The notes beneath the pieces were generated by a model, which saw only the letters and a program-made list of their open reading frames with translations, searched no databases and was not told where the DNA came from. 43,342 nucleotides of DNA, from positions 1 through 43,342 of the forward strand of contig NIVC01001047.1 in NCBI GenBank assembly GCA_002269645.1, given 5' to 3'. The position numbers and the translations under genes were made by a program. Of this stretch, positions 1 through 11,583 are shown piece by piece; position 1 is the first letter of the stretch; each line of letters opens with the position of its first letter. The DNA is from Macrostomum lignano. Taxonomy: Eukaryota.

Positions 1-116
1 CACTCACTCACTCACTCACTCACTCACTCACTCACTCACTTCATTCACTCACTCACTCACTCACTCAATTTTTTACTCACTCACTCACTCACTCACTCAC
101 TCACTCACTCACTCAC
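1..116. repeat. (TCAC)n microsatellite starting at the exon-41 donor
   Basis: Direct reading. Confidence 0.97.
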
Positions 117-518
117 CTGATACTGTCCAGGGACCTCCAGATAAGCGTCGCCGTGCTCGGCCGCGGCAAACTCGGCCAGCCAGGTGCTGAAGTCGGCCAG
201 CCGCGGCAGTGGCAACGCTGGACGAGTCGCGCTCGTCTCGAACCCGCTTCCACAGCTTGCCAACCGCGCGCTGCAGCTCCGTCTCCGACCGGATGCCGGC
301 CAGCCGGTCAGCGGTCGGCAGGGCGGCCAGAAATTCGCGCCGATGTCGGGCGGCAAACTCCGACGTAGCCGGCCGTGACCGCCGGCTTGCGGGCCGTCGG
401 GATCGAAGAACAGCTGGTCGATGGCCTCGGCGTGCAGTTCGCGAAGGCGCTCAGTCTGACCGATGGAGCGCTTGGCGTTGGACAGCCAGTCCAGGGCTGT
501 GCAGGCGGGCAGGCACAC
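117..518 (-). CDS. PRKDC: DNA-PKcs exon 41 ([24 protein letters not shown]), just before the kinase domain; internal frame excursion
   Basis: cggcag/gtgagt; matches LKECSPWMSDF..LEIPGQY. Confidence 0.92.
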
Positions 519-3500
519 CTGCCGCAGGCGGAAGGAGCGGCGAGTTTTAATTGATGTTGTCACTTTCTCTCTTGGGGATAATACTGATCGACTTATTTCT
601 AGTCACCCTGGAGACAATAACAGAGTTTTCTAGTCACTCTAGAGACAAAAATGACCAAATATTCTTTTCACTCTGGAGACAACAATGCCAGAATTTTCTA
701 GTCACTGACCTCTCCCATCTGGGCGATGAACTCCTCAACCAGCGGCAGTCGTCTCAGCCGTTGCCACAGCCGTTCAGCCGCCTGCCGAGCGCCCGAGTCG
801 CCGGTCTCGAATCGATAATTGGCCCTGGCCAATCGGAACGGATAGACCAGAGCGGCTGGATAGATATCGCACACGGACTCGAGCAGAGGCAGCACTGCCG
901 AGCCGCCCTGGTCCGGCTTGTCCAGCAGCGACACCAGCTGCGGCAGCCAGGGCAAGGACAGCCACACCGGCACCGATGCCATCTGACGGCTGAACCGCGA
1001 GGACAAAGACTCGTCAGCGGGATTCTGGATGCCTCATCATCAGCTGACTCGCCTAGAAGGCAGAGCAGCCTGGGGAATCTGATTGAGGCCTCTGACTGCC
1101 GCAGCGCATTGCCGAGGTCACCGAGTCCACGGCTTGGGCGCGGAGAGCGGCTCGGAACTGCTGCGGCTGCTGGTTGGGCGCTGCTTCTAGTAGACAGGAG
1201 TCGCAGAAACGGATCTGCGAGTGGAGAAAAACAACTATATAAAACTTTCAAAACAGAGGAGTTCGAGGATAGCAGAAGCAGAAAGGGCCCACAGTTGACT
1301 GCCCAAACCCCACTAACCCTAAGCCCCACCCTAACCCAAACCCTAAACCATACCTTAACCCTAACCCAAACCCTAAGCCCCACCCACCCAAACCCTAAAC
1401 CTTACCTTAACCCTAACCCAAACCCTAAGCCCCACCCTAACCCAAACCCTAAGCCCCACCCACCCAAACCCTAAGCCCACCCTAACCCAAACCCAAAACC
1501 CTACCCTAATCCGAACCCCAAACCCTACCCTAACCCAAACCCTAAACCCTACCCTACCCAAACCCTAAGCCCCACCCTAACCCAAACCCAAAACCCTACC
1601 CTAATCCTAACCCCAAACCCTACCCTAACCCAAATCCTAAACCCTACCTTAACTTATCCTAAATCCTACCTTAACCCAAACTCTACCACTAACTCTAATC
1701 TAACTAATAAAATTCGTAATATCTATTCTAGATTTTCTACGAAACTCAGAGAGGATAAAGAGTAGAAAAACAAATAAAACAAAATCCATTCATGTTGTAA
1801 CAGGAAATACCTGCATAGATTGACAATAAATATTTTTAAAATCTTTTTTTGACAGCGGAAAACTTGTAACGGAGAAAATAAACAAATAAAGAAACCCGAA
1901 AAAAATCCCGAGGCCTCACCAGCTCCAAGTGGCACTGCAGACTCGAGCTGCCGACATCCGCAAAGCCTCCGCTATCAGCTTTAGAAGCAGCCGATTGCAA
2001 ATTACTCAAAGCCGATTTATCGAACGCCTCAGCTTCCGCTCTCATGTTTGCCTGCCCAGTCGATGGCGGTGATGACGCCAATTGAATCCTCAGCAGCGCG
2101 GCCGACGCTCTGTCGCAGAGTCCGCCGCCCCAGCAGCTCCTCCCAGGTCGGCGACGGCGAGATGAGCTGGAATTGAGATTTTTTATGTAATTTTGTCGCT
2201 TAATACGAGTCGTACAGGTCGGTTTATGTCGTTCAATGTGTTGGTCAATGTGTCGCTTAAATACGTCGGTCAATGTGTCGCTTATAGTGTCGGTCAATGT
2301 GTCGCTTATAGTGTCGGTCAATGTGTCGCTTATATTGTCGGTCAATGTGTCGCTTATATTGTCGGTCAATGTGTCGCTTATAGTGTCGGTCAATGTGTCG
2401 CTTATATTGTCGGTCAATGTGTCGCTTATAGTGTCGGTCAATGTGTCGCTTATATTGTCGGTCAATGTGTCGCTTATAGTGTCGGTCAATGTGTTGGTCA
2501 ACGTGTCGCTTAAATACGTCGGTCAATGTGTCGCTTATAGTGTCGGTCAATGTGTCGCTTAAATACGTCGGTCAATGTGTCGCATATAGTGTCGGTCAAT
2601 GTGTCGGTCAATGTGTCGCTTTTATTGTTGGTCAATGCGTTGCTTAAATTTTTGGTATAATATGTCGCTTAAATTGTCGCTAAATGTCGATCAAATTGTC
2701 GATAACAAAGCTTACCTGCCGTCGAACCTTGGCAACCTTTTCGGCTACGGACATGGCGTCCAAATTTCGGTCTGTGTCCAACGACAACGCGGCGGTGGTC
2801 CAAGCTTTGGGCGCAGGCGGCCCGCCAGCCACGGAAGTAGGGAGGAGCCTCTGGTGGAGGTCGCCGATGTTTGGGTGCAATATTTTCTAGCCCGACCCAG
2901 ATGGATCAACGCCACGGCCGGCTGCGACTGCAGGCGAGCCGCTTCAGCAAGAAGCAGCAGCTGATCGCCAGCAAATGCGTTGAAACGGCGTCTGCCAGCA
3001 GCGAGGTCGTCTGAGGTGGGATGAGGAGGGCGATTAGGAAAGAGAATTAAATTCTTTGGTATCCTATTAGATAGTCTGGCAGTTAATTAGGTAGGCTATT
3101 AGGTGGTTGATTAGGTAGGCTATTAAGTGGTTAATTAGGTAGGCTATTAGGTGGTTGATTAGGTAGGCTATTAGGTGGCTTATTAGGTAGGCTATTAAGT
3201 GGTTAATTAGGTAGGCTATTAAGTGGTTAATTAGGTAGGCTATTAGGTGGTTGATTAGGTAGGCTATTAGGTGGCTTATTAGGTAGGCTATTAAGTGGTT
3301 AATTAGGTAGGCTATTAAGTGGTTGATTAGGTAATCTATTAGCTGGTTCATTAGGTAGTCTATCAGGCGGCTGATTAGGCAGTCTATTAGGCACTTGATC
3401 AGGTAGTTTATTAGGCTGTTGATTAGACGGTCTGTTAGGTGGTTCATTAGGCAGTCTATTAGTCAGTTGATTAGGTAGTCCATTAGGCTATTTCAAGCGT

Positions 3501-5514
3501 TCCAGTGATAACTTGTCACTCAATCCCATTTTTTTCGCTCATTAGCTAATGTCTCAAAGATTTTGCTAAATTTGATAAGTCTGCCCCAATTCTGCCAGCG
3601 CTGTTTCTATTGCTAACTCTATCCGTTGACAACGTTGCATCCTGCGATTCTAATAGAGCTTGACTTCAAACGACCTCTGGCGCTGATTGCATTCGTCCTG
3701 AGTTCACCAAGATTGCGCCGGGGTCCTGCGACCTGCTGTCCTGTGGTTACCTGTGCGCCAAGACTCTCAAGTGCCAAGCCTTCAGACTACCTCTGGCGAC
3801 ATCTGGAGTGTATCAGGAACGGACTTATACCTTGGAGGCTACCAGATGTCGAGCTCACGAGGCAGCACAGCAGGCTGAATCTGGGACGCATGCAACGAGA
3901 GCATCCAAGCCGACGTGTGGGAACCGAAACAGCCGAACAATAATAAGGGCAATCAGGACTGCGTAAACATTTATCAATCTAATAAAGTCGGCATAAATGA
4001 TTGCGAATGCGACCACCAGTTAAAGTACATTTGCGAGTGTCTCGTGGTGTTTTAACGCGGTTGAATATGAATATACAATGCAGTACAAATCGTTAGATAT
4101 CGTTGCTTATCTTGCTTATCTTAGTTTATATCTTGATCTTGAAGGTCGGGGGTTCGATTCCCGATCCCACTGGAACAATTTGCGTCATTAAGCAAGACAC
4201 TTAACTCACACTTAGCATTGCTTCAGTTCACCCAGCTGTAAAATGGGCGCCAGCATTAGCTGGGGTAATTGAGGGTGTGTGGCGACCCCCCCCCCCCTCT
4301 CAGTCCTTGGACTGAACAGCCGTACGCAGCAATAGCTGCGGCTGAGCTGTCGGTTGCACATCTGGCCCAATTGGGGCAGGTGTAATCAATTATATTATTA
4401 ATTTATTAGTAATATAAAAGGCAGTCTAATTAGGTTTCTTAGACATTAGTATTAGACGCTTTATTAGTCTAATAATTAGGTGATAAAAAGGTCAATTAAG
4501 CGTGCGACAAATATTAACAAAATCAAACCTAAACCATCACGAGCAGCATCTTATTGGCGCATAGCAACCGCACAGCAACCGTCCGCTCCCAGTTGTCGCA
4601 GGCGTCCCGAATGAAATCGGGTCTTCTCTGTCGCCATTTCGCCAGCAGGTCGGCAGTTGACGAGACAACATCTTGACGGCGCCGGTCGCCAGTCAGCAGG
4701 GTGAGGCTCTCGCGCAGCTCCGTCAAGCGATGGACGCTGGCCATGTTGGAAAGGTGAAACTGGCGCTGAAGGGCCGGCACCGAGGACACGTTCTGCGGAG
4801 CAGTGAGCGTCATTATTATGATGATGGCTTTTATGATCATTGAATGATCATAGAGAGTGCTATTATCAACTCTCTATGCTCTATGCTATAATCCCTCTCT
4901 ATGCTTTTAATTTATAACTAAGTTATGATCATGAAGAGTACTGTGACCAACTGAAGGATAATGGAGATTGCTATGACCAACTGAAGGATAATGGAGAGTG
5001 CTATGACCAATCGAAGGATAATGGCGAGTGCTATGAACAACTGAAGGATCATGAGGAATGCTATGACCAATCGAAGGATAATGGAGAGTGCTATGACTAA
5101 TTGAAGGATCATAGTGTTATGACCAATTGCAGCATCATAGTGTTATGAACAATTAAATAATCATGGAGAGTGCTATGACCAACTGACGAATCAAAGCGAG
5201 TATCATTGATCCCTATATGGAGACATTTACAAGTTATTATCCAGGTACAATTGGACACTAAAGTACAAATTTCTTGTCCAATAATATACTACTGCTCACA
5301 TTGAGCACTCGATCCAGAGCTGAGTCCACGTAGGCCATTGCATTGTGATATTTTCCTGTTTTGATTAGCACCGATGCAAGCAGTTCGGCGTGCTCGCTCT
5401 GCAAAACAAGGTGAGTTCGAAAATATACTACCACTTCTACCACTACTACTACTACTACTACTCTACTGCTACTACTACCACTCTACTACTACTACTACTA
5501 CTACTACTACCACT

Positions 5515-5581
<67 letters not shown>

Positions 5582-5816
5582 CACTACTACTACTACTAGC
5601 ACTACTACTACCTCTACTACTACACTACTACTACCACTCTACTACTACTACTACTACCAATCTACTACTACTAGTACTACTACTACCACTACTACTACTA
5701 CTACTACCTCTACCACTACTAATCTACTACTACTACTACTACTACCACTCTACTACTACTACTACTACTACTACCACTCTACTACTACTACTACACTACT
5801 ACTACTACTACTACTA

Positions 5817-5850
<34 letters not shown>

Positions 5851-5941
5851 CTCTACTACTACACTACTACTACCACTCTACTACTACTACTACTACCAAT
5901 CTACTACTACTACTACTACTACTACCTCTACCACTACTAAT

Positions 5942-5972
<31 letters not shown>

Positions 5973-6042
5973 CTCTACTACTCTACTACTACTAGTACTA
6001 CTACCACTACTACTACTACCACTACTACTACTACTACTACTA

Positions 6043-6111
<69 letters not shown>

Positions 6112-9100
6112 CACTACTACTACTAATACTACTACCTCTACCACTACTAATATACTACTACTACTACTACCACTCTACTACTACTACTACTACTACTACT
6201 ACCACTACTACTACTAATACTACTACTACTACTACTACCACTCTACTACTACCACTCTACTACTACTACTACCACTACTACTACTCTACTACTACTACTA
6301 CTACTACTACTAACACTACTACTAACACTACTACTAATACTACTACCTCTACTACTATTACTACTACTACTACTACTACCACTACTACTACTAATAATAA
6401 TAATAATACTAATTGCTACTAATACAACTGAATACTACTCGTTCTGTTACTACTACTACTAATCGGCACTAGACCTCACCTCAAATTGAGTTCTAACAGA
6501 ATCATTGTCTGTTGTACAACGTAAAAAGTCCATAAATTCGGCAGATTCTGAGTCTGAACCAATAGCAGATTCTGGTTTGTCGCAGACAAGGCGTGTTGAG
6601 CTCAGCATGTAGGAGGACAGGGCATTCTGAGGGTGCGAGGGGATATTGGGGTGACTATGGACGAAACTGCAGTGTCATTTAAATGATGTAATAAAGTCTT
6701 GATAATTGACGCATCCAATGACTCATTTACTTAACATTCTGGGTCAACAATCGATGACCCATTTACGTAAAATTTTGGGTCAAAAATCGATTACTCATTT
6801 AAGATTCTGGGTCAACAATTTATGACTAATTGAGGATTCTGGGTCAACAATATAGGACTCATTTATTATTCTGTTTCAACAATTGATGACCCATTTATTA
6901 TCCTGCGTCAGTTGACAATTTATGACCCATTTAGGATTCCGGATCAACAATCGATGACCCATTTAGAATTCTGGGTCAACAATGGATGACCCATAAAGGA
7001 TTATGGGTCAACAATTAACGACCCATTTGATTTTGTGTCAACATTTGATGACTCATTTAGGATTCCGGGTCAACGATCGATGATGGATTCATGATTCTGG
7101 GTCAACAATTTATGACCCGTTTAGTATCCTGGGCCAACAACTGATGACCCATTTAGGGTTGTAGGAAATATAGGATCAGTTTAGGGTTGTGGGTCAACAC
7201 TCACCTTACAAACATTCTGCACCCCAACACGGCTCCACAACCGGTCAGCCAGTCCACCGCCTTCTTCTCCATCAGCCTGGGTCAGCAGCAGCTTCTTTGA
7301 CACGCCGCTCAGCCTAGTCCAATCGGCTAGCCGAGTCAGACAGTCCAGCCTAGCCAACTGGCAAGCATGATTCACGGCTGTTGCAGAATCTGCAGCAGCA
7401 GAAGCAGACTCTGTGCCGCTTTCATCAGCCTGTTGAAACAGTCGATCAAATGTCTCTAACGCTAGTTGAACATCGCCGCTGAGGCACCAGTCAAGAGCGT
7501 CCAGACGTTTTTCATCGTCGTTGTTGTCAACGCCTTCCTGGCCGTTATGCTGCGATCGACATCGACGCAGAGCGCCAAGCTGCTGGTCGGGCTCGCCCAT
7601 GTCACGGTAGAGCCGGGCCAGAGCGAGCCAGTAGGCTTCGTCGTATTTGTCGGCGTCGGCATCGATTCCGACATCGGCGCTGTTATCGTCAGTGGACTGG
7701 GAGGGTCGATTTTTTTTAAAAGAAAACTTTAAATTAGTTTAGTGATAGATTTGCCGCAAAAACATCTTGCTAAGATGTGTCACTGAATATTGTTGCTGCG
7801 ATGTGTCGGTGAAACATGTCGCTAAGATGTGTCGGTGAGATATGTCGCTAAGATGTGTCAGTGAGATATGTCGCTAAAACATGTCGCTAAGATGTGTCGG
7901 TGAGATGTGTCGCTAAAACATGTCGCTAAGATGTGTCGGTGAGATGTGTCGCTAAAACATGTCGCTAAGATGTGTCGGTGAGATGTGCCGCCGAAACATG
8001 TCGCTAAGATGTGTCGGTGAGATATGTCGCTAAGATGTGTCGGTGAGATATGTCGCTAAGATGTGTCGGTGAGATATGTCGCTAAAACATGTCGCTAAGA
8101 TGTGTCGGTGAGATGTGTCGCTAAAACATGTCGCTTAGATGTGTCGGTGAGATATGTCGCTAAGATGTATCAGTGAGGTGTCGCTAAAACACGTCGCTAA
8201 GATGTGTCGGTGAGATATGTCGCTAAGATGTGTCGGTGAGATTTGTCGCTAAGATGTGTCGGTGAGATTTGTCGCTAAGATGTGTCGGTGAGATATGTCG
8301 CTAAGATGTGTCGGTGAGATATGTTGCTAAGGTGTTTCGGTGAGATATGTCGCTAAGATGTGTCGGTGAGATATGTTGCTAAGGTGTTTCGGTGAGATAT
8401 GTCGCTAAGATGTGTCGGTGAGATATGTCGCTAAGGTGTTTCGGTGAGATATGTCGCTAAGATGTGTCGGTGAGATATGTCGCTAAGATGTGTCGGTGAG
8501 ATATGTTGCTAATATGTTTCGGTGAGATATGTCGCTAAGATGTGTCGGTGAAATATGTTGCTAAGGTGTTTCGGTGAGATATGTCGCTAAGATGTGTCGG
8601 TGAGATATGTCGCTAAGATGTGTCGGTGAGATATGTTGCTAATATGTGTCGGTGAGATATGTCGCTAAGATGTGTCGGTGAGATTTGTCGCTAAGATGTG
8701 TCGGTGAGATATGTCGCTAAGATGTGTCGGTGAGATATGTTGCTAATATGTTTCGGTGAGATATGTCGCTAAGATGTGTCGGTGAGATATGTCGCTAAGA
8801 TGTGTCGGTGAGATATGTTGCTAATATGTGTCGGTGAGATATGTCGCTAAGATGTGTCGGTGAGATTTGTCGCTAAGATGTGTCGGTGAGATATGTCGCT
8901 AAGATGTGTCGGTGAGATATGTTGCTAATATGTTTCGGTGAGATATGTCGCTAAGATGTGTCGGTGAGATATGTCGCTAAGATGTTTCGGTGAGATATGT
9001 CGCTAAGGTGTTTCGGTGAGATATGTCGCTAAGATGTGTCGGTGAGATATGTCGCTAAGATGTGTCGGTGAGATATGTTGCTAAGGTGTTTCGGTGAGAT

Positions 9101-11354
9101 ATGTCGCTAAGATGTTTCGGTGAGATATGTCGCTAAGATGTGTCGGTGAGATTTGTCGCTAAGATGTGTCGGTGAGATATGTCGCTAAGATGTGTCGGTG
9201 AGATATGTTGCTAATATGTTTCGGTGAGATATGTCGCTAAGATGTGTCGGTGAGATATGTCGCTAAGATGTTTCGGTGAGATATGTCGCTAAGATGTGTC
9301 GGTGAGATATGTTGCTAAGGTGTTTCGGTGAGATATGTCGCTGAAACATGTCACTAAGATGTGCCACTTGACCATTAAGCTAAGATGCGTCGATAAAATG
9401 TATTGCTAAAACATGCTGCTAAAATTGGTCCGTGAAATGTTTCGCTAAGAAATGTCGCTAAGATGTGTCGGTGGGATGTGTCGCTAAAACATGTCGCTGA
9501 AGTTTACTGATAAAGCATGTCGGTCACTTTGTGTTCCTACACTGTACCAATAAAAATTTTGCTAAACTATGTCGCTAAGGTGCATGGTTTACGAATTTCT
9601 CCATTTCAACAAAAACCTAAAATGTCACCTGACTTCCAGCCTCCATTCGTCGGCGCTTAGCCGCAGTCGGTCGCTGCTCCGTCGTAGCCTTGGCGGCTCT
9701 GCCTCGGTGTCGACCCGGCTCGTCACGTGACTGCTGCTGCACGCCAGGCCGACCCTGCCAGGCATACAAAAGTTCCAACGCCAAAGCGCCAAGCGTAGGC
9801 AGGTGAGCGGCCGACGACGCCGCAGCCACTAATCCGTAGTCGCTAGGTCGGATAATGGCGCCGATATCAACAACGCCGACTCCGCCGTCGCCGCAGGCGC
9901 TCGAAGCCACAGCGCAGAGCGAGTCGAGCGCGCAGCCAATCAGAGCCGGATCGTTTGCTGCCGCTGTCACCGCCGACAAACCGTTCCGCCGCTTCCCGTC
10001 GAAAGGCGACGTCGGGATCAGGACGCCCAGCCAAGCGGCGGCAAGTCGGCGACACATGTCGGCCACGTCGTCTTCGGATAGAGCGGAGGCGGCCCAGTCC
10101 ACCATGGACTGCGAGAGCTGATTTTTGTCAAGGGAGGGGTGAGAGATGATATGAGACGATTATGGATCATAGGGGATGATATGACTCATTCTAAAAGATC
10201 ATAAAGGATAATGTGACCCATTTTAAAAAGACAATAAATGATGATATAACCCATTCTAAAATGATCATAGAGGATGATATGACCCATTCTAAAAGGATCA
10301 TAGAGGATGATATGACCCATTCTAAAAGGATCATAGAGGATGATATGACCCATTCTAAAAGGATCATAGAGGATGGTTTGACCCATTCTAAAAGGATCAT
10401 AGAGGATCATATGACCCATTCTAAAAGGATCATTGGGGATCATATGACCCATTCTAAAAGGATCATAGAGGATGATATGACCCATTCTAAAAGGATCATA
10501 GAGGATGGTATGACCCATTCTAAAAGGATCATAGGGGAAGATATGACCATTCTAAAAGGAACATAGGGGAAGATATGACCATTCTAAAATGATCATAGAG
10601 GAGGATATGATCCATTCTAAAAGGATTATGAAGGATGGGTTAAAACATTTTTTTAAAGATCATGGGGGATAAAGACTACACTTTAAATGATCATAGAGGC
10701 TGATATGACTAACATATTAATAAAAGAGAATGCAGTGACCCGTCAATCATAAAACAAGCCTACAATGAATTTCAAACAAAGGCTCACCTGAGCGCACAGC
10801 AACCGACCAAACATTCGATCTTTCTGCGCCAGAGCCGCCAAGGTGGTCACCAGGGCGCCCTGTTCAATCTGAACGTCGGGCAAGTCGCCAACTCGATAGC
10901 GACGTCTCAGAGTCACCCGGTGCTCGCGTTTCGCAGCCGCTTCGGCCGCTTCTCGAACCTGACGCCGGTGTCGCTCCACGCCGGCCTGAGCGAATGCCGA
11001 GTAGCTCGAGGAGGAGCCCTGAGTAGCCGGGGGCCCGTCAGAGCTGGAAGATGCAGCTGCTCCGGATGATGATGAAGCTGCCTGCTGCTGCTGCTGTTGC
11101 TGCAGAAACATTCGACGACGAAGTCGGTGAAGCTGCGCTGCTTGGCCAGCCATCTGGGGATTCGCGTCCGAGCCCAGAGCGGTGTGGTAGCCGGCCAGAC
11201 CGCCCGCGGCCGACACTTCCAGGCCGGCGCCACCGCCGCCGCCTCCGGAGGAGCGAAATAGCAGCGAGGTGGAGACGGACAGGTCCTGGATGCGGGTTAG
11301 GTGAGAGCTGCTGATAGATCAGACAGGCAGAAAGACAGAGATTCGGACACACAC

Positions 11355-11397
<43 letters not shown>

Positions 11398-11440
11398 GGC
11401 AGACAGACAGACAGGCAGACAGGCAGACAGACAGGCAGGC

Positions 11441-11481
<41 letters not shown>

Positions 11482-11528
11482 GGCAGGCAGACAGACAGAC
11501 AGGCAGACAGGCAGACAGACAGGCAGGC

Positions 11529-11583
<55 letters not shown>

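Noticed and set aside
551-1474. 307-aa plus-strand ORF
   Set aside because: Antisense of exon 40 running into the telomere-like repeat; no recognisable domain.
1301-1700. True chromosome end
   Set aside because: The array is degenerate and flanked on both sides by exons of the same gene.
117-3010. Programmed frameshifting or insertional RNA editing as the explanation of the indels
   Set aside because: No slippery-site pattern; clustering at G/C runs in one region is better explained by sequencing error. Not excluded without reads.
4130-4200. tRNA gene
   Set aside because: Only a B box; no cloverleaf, and it is followed by a SINE-like body.
6715-7160. CRISPR-like palindromic ~36-bp repeats
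   Set aside because: Units are contiguous with no unique spacers, there are no cas genes, and the context is a spliceosomal intron.
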